A stretch of 63,077 nucleotides of DNA, filler included, from Folioceros fuciformis (Eukaryota), in NCBI GenBank assembly GCA_049999805.1. It is 6 parts of 6 records of this genome, joined end to end, with 100 filler letters (N's around TTAATTAATTAA, not from the genome) between each part and the next. Parts side by side here need not be neighbours in the genome. Positions count along the whole stretch, not along the records: positions 6,008 to 29,896 come from JBNGIO010003351.1; positions 29,997 to 36,943 come from JBNGIO010003352.1; positions 37,044 to 47,793 come from JBNGIO010003353.1; 3 more parts are not named here. The stretch is one strand, 5' to 3'. The number at the start of each line of letters is the position of its first letter. Position 1 is the stretch's first letter. Positions 26,551 to 37,189 of this stretch are shown here, piece after piece. Both the position numbers and the translations under genes were made by a program. The notes below the pieces were generated by a model that was given only the letters and a program-made list of their open reading frames with translations, was not told where the DNA came from and searched no databases.

Positions 26551-28221
26551 ATGTATGCAGCACCCAACATGGCAGACTCTTACGAAGCAAACGAAGATGA
26601 TCCCGATGATGCACGAGCTGCTCTGTTGAATGCTTCCTGTGATGAAGCCCCGAAGGCGTCAGGAGTTGGAGAGCTGGAGGACGTGGAAGATGCGCTTCAG
26701 AGATGGCCCACCATGAAGCAGATAATTTTGGAGCTGGATACACAGAGGAAGATCGGAGCCTCCATAGCGGCCATGAACGTGCTCTATTTCTCCCGCTCCA
26801 TTGTGTCCACGTTGTATTTGGGGCACCTCGGGGACCTGGAGCTAGCCGGTGGCACACTCGCGCTCACCTATGCCAACGTCACTGGCTTCTCTATTCTGAA
26901 TGGGCTGTCAGGAGGGATGGAGCCCCTCTGCAGCCAAGCCTATGGGGCTCGTTGTTACAAGCACATGGGACTGACTTTGCAACGGGGGATCCTCGTTCTT
27001 TTGCTCACAAGCATCCCGGTTGCTATCAGTTGGCTAAGCATAGAGGAAGTTCTTCTCCTATTTCGCCAGGATGCTGCCATAGCTCGCGTCGCCAAGACGT
27101 ATCTGAAGTATCTGCTTCCAGACCTCGTGGCCACGTCGTTGTTAGCACCCATTAGGATATATTTGAGATCACAGTGTATCACCAAGCCTATGATGATCAT
27201 CACGGCGGTGGCCATGTTGCTGAACATTCCCGTGAACCATCTCTTCGTGTTTGGTCCATTCCGGTTAGGAGCCCCAGGCACTGCCTTAGCATGCTGCTTC
27301 ACAGACTTCGCTCTCATTCTCATGTTTTTGGCCTACATGGTGAGGTCGGGCGTTGTTCGGTTATCTTGGACCCCGTGGTCTCGAGAGAGCTTCAGGGAGT
27401 GGGCCCCATTGATGAAGTTGGCAATACCTTCCTGCCTCATGACTTGCTTGGAGTGGTGGTGCTATGAAATCTTCACTCTGCTCACCGTGTTTCTGCCTAA
27501 TGCCAAGGAGGCAGTTGCCACCATGGCCATTGTGTTGAATGGAGACACCCTGTTCTACGCGATGCAGGTATCTCTGGCAGCCTGTGCTTGCACTCGGGTT
27601 GGCAATGAGTTGGGTGCTAATCGTCCATTGGGTGCTTATCATGCATCACTGGCTACTCTTGGTCTGAGCATCGCATTTGCTTGCATCGGTGCGATTTTTC
27701 TGATTGCTGCCCGCTCCAGCTGGGGCAAGCTCTTCACTTCTGACAACCAAATTCTGATCGAGGTTGCTGAAATTCTGCCCATTATGGGCCTCATGGAGCT
27801 GGGCAACTTCCCTCAGACTGTATGTTGTGGCGTGCTAAAGGGCAGTGCCAGACCCTCCATGGGAGCCTATGTAAATGGTGGCGCGTTCTACCTTGTGGGC
27901 ATCCCGGTGGGAGTGCTTCTGGCTTTCGGATTTAAGCTGGGGCTGCTGGGGCTGTGGCTTGGTCTCTTGGCTGCTGTGGCTACCTGTGCGATCATGACAG
28001 TGTCCGCCGTCATGCACACTGACTGGATTTTGCAAGCACATCGTGCTCAAGATCTATCGGCACGGAAAGAAAGCCTGATAGAGCTAAGCTCTGACTCTGC
28101 TGACGAGCTTGAGGATATCAAAACTAGCAGTTGCAAGCTCATCACGCTCCCACACACTCAGACGCATCCCGACAGTGAGAAACAAAATGTCCGGATCTCA
28201 TGCTCAATTCCTCAAGTCTAG
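26551..28221 (+). CDS. MATE (DTX) efflux family transporter, intronless, 556 aa
   Basis: LGHLGDLELAGG, ANVTGFSILNGLSGGMEPLCSQAYGA, LAIPSCLMTCLEWWCYE, TRVGNELGANRP, GNFPQTVCCGVLKGSARP, FYLVGIPV, GLWLGLLAA, TDW. Multiple TM helices. Confidence 0.96.
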   Translation: MYAAPNMADSYEANEDDPDDARAALLNASCDEAPKASGVGELEDVEDALQRWPTMKQIILELDTQRKIGASIAAMNVLYFSRSIVSTLYLGHLGDLELAGGTLALTYANVTGFSILNGLSGGMEPLCSQAYGARCYKHMGLTLQRGILVLLLTSIPVAISWLSIEEVLLLFRQDAAIARVAKTYLKYLLPDLVATSLLAPIRIYLRSQCITKPMMIITAVAMLLNIPVNHLFVFGPFRLGAPGTALACCFTDFALILMFLAYMVRSGVVRLSWTPWSRESFREWAPLMKLAIPSCLMTCLEWWCYEIFTLLTVFLPNAKEAVATMAIVLNGDTLFYAMQVSLAACACTRVGNELGANRPLGAYHASLATLGLSIAFACIGAIFLIAARSSWGKLFTSDNQILIEVAEILPIMGLMELGNFPQTVCCGVLKGSARPSMGAYVNGGAFYLVGIPVGVLLAFGFKLGLLGLWLGLLAAVATCAIMTVSAVMHTDWILQAHRAQDLSARKESLIELSSDSADELEDIKTSSCKLITLPHTQTHPDSEKQNVRISCSIPQV

Positions 28222-28427
28222 AAGATAACATTGATCGCGGTCCAACAACTAGTCTACTTGTTGCCGATTGTTAAGCTGAGGCCGGGTGACGGAAATCTCT
28301 TGCGCCCACTTTATGTTACACCTTTTCTAATCTACAAATCCAATCTGTACTGCTTGTGCTCGAGTCAATATGAAGGGCAGAATTGCCTAACACTACACTC
28401 TGCCTTTGATTTCTCCAGCACTGCCAC

Positions 28428-29896
28428 CTACTGGTTCAAACACAGGTATACTGTGTCTCCAAAGCCGGAGCATCCGCTCACGACCTCAAACACATCCTCG
28501 GCTTTGGTCCACGGAGCAAACAGGTCGCGAGCTCTTTCGAAGAGGGCCCTATCAGCCCGACTCCCTGACGTCTTCTGGCTCTGCGGATGAATCAGCAGTA
28601 GTTAGTGAAGGTGAGACTTGTTGGGGTGAGGAAAACGGAACTACATTGGACGACACCCGGTTCTAGCGCTTACCATATCAAACGCTGCAAATTTGCAGTC
28701 AGCAGCCATGATGCCACTCGTTGCGTAGTCTTCGTCTTCTCCATCCACCAAGGTTGCCTTCTTCTCTTTTTGACTTTTCAAGTGCTTGGCATCGTAGACC
28801 TTCTCAAACCGTCTAGCATTCTCTCGGAATGTTTGGCCTGGACATCAACACACGACAGAATGTGTCAGAGACGGAAGGCTCTTGACATGTCGCAAGCAGG
28901 CCAAGGGTGTGGTATTGTGGCTGCTCTTCCAGGGCTTTGGTTGTGGAGCATACCGAGCACGCCATGCACAGCTGGGGAAACCTTCAGCTGCAGGATAGCA
29001 ACATTGATCTGGATGGCCACCATGCAGAGACAAGATGTCAGTGCGTTGCAGGGCACGTGTGTATGACACTTACAGACATCTTCCCAGGAAGTTCAGCTCA
29101 CATAGTTGCCGCCAGAAGCATGGCTCCCAGAGGTGGCAGGGACTATCTGAACTTTGACGTCCAGCTCTCCTTCCACTTTCACATTCACCGACTTGGGAAA
29201 ACGTGCTATGACGGCACCACTTCTCGTCATGTTGAAGCTGTTGTCTTTGTACAGAGCCTGCACATCAACTGGTAGTCAGAGTCTGTCGTGGCAAAGTCCG
29301 CAGGAGGAGTGGACAGCGTGGCAGCTTTTCGGCTCTTGTGAATCTTACGTGGTCGATTTCCACGGTCCATTGGTTCTCCAGCAGAGGCTCGTTGGGTTGA
29401 GCTTGTGCGTCTACCAGTATCTCAAGGTCCTTGTATAGGATACCGACCTTGGAAATGAACTGCGCACAATCGAAAGGAAACGTGAGGTGGGAGCTCCCAG
29501 CTTAGATGGGAAATTGTTGGTGCAGGATCCCGACCAGGGCAAGTATGAGAGAAAGGAGGATGTGCTTACCGTGGCTCCCCTTCGCCTTCCACGGAATACA
29601 TGCATGTTGATGTGCACATTTTTGTCGGAGACAATGCAGTAGTCGTGATTGGCCCTGCCATGGAAATTAAACCTTTCTCCATGGTTGCCATAGAAATGGG
29701 GATCCCCTGTTATTCCAGTAGGCGGTGGCGGGGCTGGTGGTGCACTCTCAGTGGCACCGTTGGGTGGCGGTGGTGGCTTGGTAGGTTTCTTCTTAGGAGG
29801 TGGTGGCGATGCAGCAGGTGGGGGATGAGAACGTCTTGGTGGTGGAGGGGAATGTGGTGAAGGCGGTGATGGTGGTGGAGGTGGTGATGGTGGTGG
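28428..29896 (-). CDS. Proline-rich root-cap / LEA-related protein (Root_cap domain), 5' truncated at contig edge, multi-exon
   Basis: Pro-rich extensin-like run, then GDPHFYGNHGERFNFHGRANHDYCIVSDKNVHINMHVF, SPAVHGVLG and DEDYATSGIMAADCKFAAF. A probable last exon ends CSGFGDTVYLCLNQ* at 28428. Confidence 0.8.
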
Positions 29897-29996
29897 NNNN
29901 NNNNNNNNNNNNNNNNNNNNNNNNNNNNNNNNNNNNNNNNTTAATTAATTAANNNNNNNNNNNNNNNNNNNNNNNNNNNNNNNNNNNNNNNNNNNN
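29897..29996. other. Artificial contig linker
   Basis: N44-TTAATTAATTAA-N44. Confidence 0.95.
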
Positions 29997-30080
29997 CCCT
30001 GCCCCTTCCACAAGGACATTGCTGCTGCAGCATGAATCGCGTACCCCCTGCTACTGCCGTCGCCATAGCCCCCCGCCGTC

Positions 30081-30107
30081 GCTGCTGCTGCTGCTGCTGC
30101 TGCTGCT
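30081..30107 (+). repeat. (GCT)n microsatellite upstream of the kinase ATG
   Basis: About 9 GCT units. Confidence 0.85.
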
Positions 30108-30207
30108 AGCCGGTAGCGACGTCCTGTTTCCCTCTTCATTCCCTCTGCTCCCTTTGGCCGGGCTGCAGCTGCGGATGCTGCGCTGAGGCGCGCGCGCGCC
30201 AGCGGCC

Positions 30208-33200
30208 ATGGACGGCCTCATTGCAGGGGAGCGAAGCGGCGGCAAGGCCAACGTGGTGGTGGTGGTCGATGCGACCAAGGAGCTTACCATGGGCGCGCTG
30301 GAGTGGGCTCTGTCCCACGTCGTCCAGCCCGGGGACGACTTCACTCTCCTTGGTGTTCTTCACCAGGTCATTAATCCTAGTACGTTATCTCATAAGACAG
30401 CTTTCTCCAGGGTTGGATACTTCCAAAAACGTAAGTGGATTTGCCTGTCTGTCTGCGTGGATGGATGGATGAATGGATGGATGCCTCCTGCGCTCTCCCC
30501 GCTTCCAAATTGGACCCCTTCCCTTTGCAGGACCAGCTGAACTGACAAGACGAGCAGGGCCAAGGACAGGATGCTGCATATGCATTGCCCCTTTCCTCTG
30601 CCTGCTTGCATGCTTGCATCACGAGCCAGCCGGAGTTGGGAACTCTGTCATTCGCTGCCGGATCCCGTTGCCTGGACTTTCGGAATTCGCGGAATTCTGA
30701 GATCCCGGTATGCCTGCTCTTCCGCCCGCCATGCTTATTGATGGTTCACGACGCTGCTTTGTTTCCTCCGCCCCGCCCGCTCGAGCCGCATCTTGTGTTG
30801 GCAGTGATGAAAGGCGGATGTGTAGCAACAGGCGGGGTTGCCCCAGGATGAAACGGGATGCCTTGGGTTGAAGTGAAGCTTGAGGCAAACGGAATCCCTA
30901 CCTTCAGAGCTATGGGTTAGGCTGCTTCCACCTTGGCAGCGGATCGAATGCCCGCCGGTAGCACAGCATCAGCTCCCCGCTCCCTCTGCTCAATCACTTC
31001 CGTGTGTGTGCGTGTGTGTGCGTGTGTGAATTGTATTGCCTGCAGGAGCGCCGCCGGCTTATGTGGATCATCAATTACTGCGTCCGTCTGTGCAACCGTA
31101 CGCGAAGGGTTGATGTCGCTGCTTGTCACTCAGGAGTGTGTTGTTTTGTGCGAATTATGCAGTGGGCTACAAATCTAAAGCAGACCTGTTGTCATTTAAT
31201 GGAGTCAACCCCAAAATGCTGGAAGATGAAGTGGCTAGAAAGTTCGACTTGTATCAGGAGACCCTACGCCTGCATCCGCAGAGCTATCGCTTGTGCGAGA
31301 AGAAGGGGGTGAGTCACTCGAATTTTCTGTTTGCTCCCTTCTGTTCTTTTTTCTGCTTTTGCGATGGTTGGATGTTCTTCTACCCGCCACTATCGAGGCT
31401 CAAGTCTTTCTTGTCTTCTCAGGTCAAACTTGAGATTAGAGTAACTGCAGGGACTCCGTTGAAGGTGATTACAGTACAAGAAACGGCTGCCCTGCAAGCT
31501 ACATGGGTCGTGCTCGACAGGTGCCCGCGCCACTTCATCTTCCCTCTGCTCCTCTGCCCTCTTTTTTCTCTCACCACTATGATGTTGTCATGTCACGGTC
31601 ATGGGACCAAGACAACCTGCTTTCGGTTGCGGCTCACATTTCCTTCTTTTCATATCTATGCTTCTTGAACAGGCACATGAAGAAGGACAAAAAGTTTTAT
31701 TCGGAGCAGATGTCTTGCAACCTTGTGCTCATGAAGCGCAATGGGGGATACGATATTTTGCGCATATGCAAGCAGACTATTGGGGCAAATGGTTTGACCG
31801 TAGAAGAACAGTCCATTGGTTCACGGCTCATGGCAGATCCTGTGCCAGCTGTGCGCTTCGGTAAAGGGGTTGATCCGCCCATGGATCAGATGCACTACAA
31901 GCCAGACCTTCCTGCTCAGGTCCTCTCGTCACCAGGCTACAATACCGAGTTCACTACAGGTTCCTGCTTCAGTATCAACTTCGAATATCCCAGTGCAGTT
32001 GCTCACCACCTGGAAAGCTTTCGCCCAGTGTTGGCAGGCCAGCAGTATGATCGACCACCGGAGACGCTTCTCAACCTGGCCCTCGATAGGTCGGACAACT
32101 GTCCAGACTTTACCATTGAGCCCAAGGTCCAACTTTGGCTGGATGAAAGTGTCAAATCAGACGTTGCCCCTTACCATGACAGTCATGGTAAGCCGTGGCC
32201 TCCCGGGTTCTGCTGTAGCACCGCGTCGTCTCTCTTTTATCCTTTATTTTCACCCCCCTGCTAACTTGTTGATTTAAACCCAAGGACTGACCCTTCCAGC
32301 TAGTGCGTCGTTCGGCAGATCTCCTCAGATGTGGACGCGCTCAGTCTAACGAGCGTGCCGCTTGTTGCTTGTGGCAGACATTGTGAACCTACCCACACGA
32401 AGTGACTCAGTTCCCCTCAATAGAGGATCGGATGCTGGATCCATGCTGGAAGCGTTATCATTGGTATCACTAGCAAGCGATGCCCCACCTTTGTCAGAAA
32501 GTAAGTTTTGATAACAATTTCCCAGCTTCTAACCGAAACCCCGTGAGATCAGCACTCATATTTCAACTCAGGCGTGTCCTCACAATAACGTAGAACCCAC
32601 TCACCTTGTTTTCTCTTGTGCAGCTGATCAATCGGCAGTGTTGTCCTCTCCTCCGCCGCGCCCTACACCGATCTCTGTACAACCTATCAACAGATCTCAG
32701 GTTCAACATCTCCAGGATTTACTGAACCAGCAGGACTTCGCAAGTGGCAGACCCAAGGTGGACGTAGGATTTCAGCAATTAGAGCAGCTTGTACAGACTA
32801 CCAAGTATTTATCGGAGCAAGATCTAGCCGAAATGAAAAGTATAAATACAGGAGGGATGCGGCAGAGTCTATCAGTTCGGATGGATCAGTATCGAAACCT
32901 TGGAGGTACTAGCCCTGGCTCTTGGCTGGCTGACAGAGACGAAATGCACAAGATGTCATCTGGCAAAACAGGTATCTCCTTGAAGAAGCAAGCGCTTGGA
33001 CCTCCACCTCTCTGCAGTGTATGTAATAATGTATCTCCAAAGTTTGGCCAGCCTCCCCGGAAGTTTTCATACGCTGAACTAGAAGAGGCTACAAGTAATT
33101 TCTCGGCAGACCACTTTCTTGCGGAGGGTGGATTCGGCTTTGTGTACAAGGGGACTTTGAAAGACGGCCAGGAGATTGCCGTGAAGCAACATAAGCTGGC

Positions 33201-34910
33201 AAGTTCACAAGGGGATGTGGAGTTCTGTTCAGAGGTGGAAGTTCTCAGTTGTGCTCAACATCGAAATCTGGTTACCTTGATTGGCTATTGCGTGGAGAAT
33301 CGGCGACGATTGTTAGTCTATGAGTTTGTCTGCAATGGATCGCTTGATTGGCACTTGTCAGGTAAAGAAGAGTAGTTTCCAGCGATTAGTGCTCAGAAGA
33401 CTTGTGAGCACGGGACTTGAAAAATTGTGATGCTGCAATCTTTGTTTGTGCCTTCGGTCTAATTGGAGCCTTTTTCTCTTATCATTTGCTTGGCCGGGCT
33501 GCAGGACGCAACCCAAAAGTTTTGGAGTGGAAGTATCGTGAAAGAATTGCTGTTGGAGCTGCCCGAGGACTGAGGTATTTGCATGAGGAGGTTCGTGTTG
33601 GTTGCATCGTTCACCGAGATTTGAGACCAAACAACATTCTACTCACTCATGATTTCACGCCATTGGTGAGAAACCTGTTTCTACCCGATATTGGACCAAG
33701 AATTTCTAGATTGACTTTGAGCTCGACAAGTTTGTAATTTGTCACTGTCAGTTGCTGCCATGATACACGTCTTCTTGCTTGAACAACGCAACAACTTATA
33801 CGTGGAGCAATCTATTTGCTGCACATCGATTGGAACCCTAGTACTTCATGTAGGTTCACCCAAGAGCCATGATGACGTGTGACTAGGTTGGAGATTTTGG
33901 ATTGGCGAGGTGGCAACCAGATGGAGATCAAGCTGTAGAGACCAGGGTCATCGGAACTCTCGGGTACAACTTTCGATTGCCAAACACATAAATGCTTGCA
34001 GATGTACAGTGACGTGTACTCACCCGGAGGAACGGTTCTTCTGCAGTTACTTGGCTCCAGAATATGCTGAAACTGGTCAAATTACAGATAAAGCGGATGT
34101 GTACTCATTTGGTGTGGTCCTACTGGAGCTCATCACTGGTCGGAAAGCTATTGATCCATCTAGACCCAAGGGACAGCAATGCTTGACAGAATGGGTGAGA
34201 TGCTATCCATATCTCGCTAGTCTGCATCATGATGTTGAACTGTCTGGTCTTGAATTTGAAGGAAGACTAGGTTGTGGTTGTGTTGTGTCGTTCCTGTGAT
34301 CTACTCCTGCTCACAGTTCAGTAACATAAATGTGATGCCCAAAATCTGGAACAGGCCCGCCCCCTACTTGAAGAGCGTGCAACACATGAGCTGCTTGATC
34401 CCCGCCTAGAAAGTTCTTATGATGACTATGAGTTATATTGCATGGTTCACGCAGCATCACAATGTATCCGAAAGGAGCCTGCTATGCGACCACGGATGAG
34501 TCAGGTACGTATGCATTCTCCAAGAAAAATTTTGTGGGTCCTTCTGCGGTCTACTTCCAGGCTTAAAAATCAAGACATCGGGGCTGATGATGGCTCATGG
34601 CTGTTGCTGTCTTAAATGTCTGTGACTCCAGGTTCTGCGCACCCTGGAAGGTGACAAGGAATCTGGAAACTCCTCTCCTGCACTCAGTAGGTCTTTCAAT
34701 GACTTCTCAGATATCTCTAGCATCAGATCAGGTACTGAGACTTTCTACTCGATCCCTGTAAGAAGGGCCAGTTCTGATTATCTATCCCCTCATGTGTTCC
34801 GTGGAAGGTCTTTAGAGGACAAAATGGGTTCCCCCGTGGGCAAAATGTACTCGAATAGAGGTTCCAAGAGTCCCATGTCAAAGCTGTCGTACCTGGAAAT
34901 GCTCAGCTGA
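30208..34910 (+). CDS. Cytoplasmic receptor-like protein kinase with N-terminal USP/adenine-nucleotide-alpha-hydrolase-like domain (SELMODRAFT_444075 / At1g55200-like)
   Basis: [149 protein letters not shown]. Ends KLSYLEMLS*. Confidence 0.93.
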
Positions 34911-36179
34911 TGGAGAGGCATAGGGGGGGAGATTAGTGGAATTATAACCATGATATTTTGACCTTAGCTTGGGGCGCAGAAGGAGCCATTCCAGGTCAGA
35001 TTTCTACTGGCATGTATAGCGTTCCAAGTACCCTACTTTACGTGGGCAGAAGATGTGTCTAGCCGTTATTTGGTTACTGGAATGGTGGTACTCGAACGAT
35101 AATTAGCACGGCCGCCTGGTGAGACTTGTTGGTATCTAGCTCTCTTTCCATCCCGCTGCCATTGTATAGCTCTGAATCCATCCATCCATCGGTGTTCTAG
35201 CAAATTACTAACATATTTTCATCCAACTCTGGGTTACTTTATGTCGTTTTCTGGTGCAGTTANNNNNNNNNNNNNNNNNNNNNNNNNNNNNNNNNNNNNN
35301 NNNNNNNNNNNNNNNNNNNNNNNNNNNNNNNNNNNNNNNNNNNNNNNNNNNNNNNNNNNNNNGGAGAGGGGTTAAAGACAACTTTCTGTAGCATCTACCT
35401 GGATGCCACTTAACCCTGCCGGAATTTTGTAGGCCCTGGAGTAGTGTTTGCAGCGAACACTAGATATGAAATTGGTGGCCCGATTGTGAGTCCCTCTTTG
35501 TGAGAATGCCCTCACATCCTTAAGTATTTAGTTTGAGCTGATACTGTACTATATTTTGGATTCTGAATGTAGCATATGTGCATGGCATCCACTCCCTCTG
35601 GGAAATCAACTGGCGTCCAGCCAATGAGCCATTTGCTATCGTCGACGGTGTGGACAGTGACCAGCTCCTGGTTTCGCAGTTTGCTAGGAAACGAAATACC
35701 TGAACCCCGCTCAAATCATCGCGTGCAGTACACACTATCGCTTTCCGGGCTTCACATGGTACTATGTTGATCTACAGGTAATGGTCTCGGGCGAAGTGTA
35801 CTGGGAGGATATTGAGCCACGTGGTGGGCCCTGGACATGTGACCTCGTACCTCTAGAGCAGGAGCTAATTGGAGGTAACGACGCTTCTTGACTTCGTCTG
35901 TTGCGCTAGCTGGTACGTCAATTTCCTTGCACTAGCCTCCAGTGCGGGGGTGATGTCACCCATCTCCTGTAAGTGGTGATGGGTTTGTTATTTTTGGTAG
36001 ACCTACTGCCTTTTTCGTCTGTGGTATCCAGACCACATGTCTTAAACAGAGTGTCATCTGCAATGCACGTACATAAGTACCTACCCTACTCATTTCTGTG
36101 ATGTGCAGAATTTTGGAGATAAGTTAGAATTCTGAAACCTATGTTGACATACCGTGGTGCTTTGCGACCATGTGAGACA

Positions 36180-36278
36180 GATGAGCTCCAGGACCATTTG
36201 CAGCTACATACCTCTAGGAAGAGGGTTAGATGAGCTCCAGCACCATTTGGAGCTACATACCTCTAGGAAGAGGGTTAG
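36180..36278 (+). repeat. ~49-bp tandem duplication
   Basis: GATGAGCTCCAG(G/C)ACCATTTG(C/G)AGCTACATACCTCTAGGAAGAGGGTTA, two copies. Confidence 0.85.
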
Positions 36279-36806
36279 TTTGGATTGTCCTCACTTTGAG
36301 GACCTTCTTGGAGTGCTATCTATTTTAGTTTGAGATTGGCCTTGATGGTGGGTTGTGATGGGTTTGGGGGGTATCTGAAATTACTATCAAAGCTCATCAT
36401 TCTGTAGTAGCGGCTTGTAGTAGCGGCTGGATGATATGATGTGTAAAAGATTAAAGATGATGAACACTAGTTATATCAAAGTATGAATGTCAATGTTAGT
36501 CATTATTTAGTTCTTGTGGTTAAGAAGGTGATACAGGTGATACTAGGACTACTTGTAGTGGGCTTGTAGTGGGTAGTTGGTTTTTTCTCGGTACTTGATG
36601 CTTTGAATGTAAGCTAAAGTATACAAGTTATTCAATAGCTAATTTTATTAATTTTTATTTTAATATATTTTATATATTATTTACTTTGTTATATTATTGT
36701 ATATAATACTTGAAAATATATATTCAGTATAGATGAATTGTTTTAGAAATAAAAAATATTAATTCCTTTTCCTTACTTACATCCTCTAGCCGATAAGACA
36801 GCTCTC

Positions 36807-36943
36807 CCTTGCCTATGTGAGGTTTAGGGTTTAACAATGCTATGGACCCTTCCTTGCCTATGTGAGGTTTAGGGTTTAACAATGCTATGGACCCTTCCTT
36901 GCCTATGTGAGGTTTAGGGTTTAACAATGCTATGGACCCTTCC
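36807..36943 (+). repeat. 45-bp minisatellite containing a plant telomere motif (TTTAGGG), running into the contig end
   Basis: CTTGCCTATGTGAGGTTTAGGGTTTAACAATGCTATGGACCCTTC, three identical copies. Confidence 0.9.
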
Positions 36944-37043
36944 NNNNNNNNNNNNNNNNNNNNNNNNNNNNNNNNNNNNNNNNNNNNTTAATTAATTAAN
37001 NNNNNNNNNNNNNNNNNNNNNNNNNNNNNNNNNNNNNNNNNNN
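36944..37043. other. Artificial contig linker
   Basis: N44-TTAATTAATTAA-N44. Confidence 0.95.
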
Positions 37044-37189
37044 ATCAGCTGCAACACACAACGACTGATATTTGCTCTAAAACTGGCATCCGCTGCAACA
37101 CACAACGACTGATATTTGCACAAGCAGGAAGCAACCAAACTGGTGCAAAAAGAACCAGGACACCATAAGGGAAATACACACCATACCAG

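Noticed and set aside
30208..34910. Pseudokinase status implied by the family name
   Set aside because: The VAVK-type lysine, HRD and DFG motifs are all present, so the sequence gives no evidence of inactivity.
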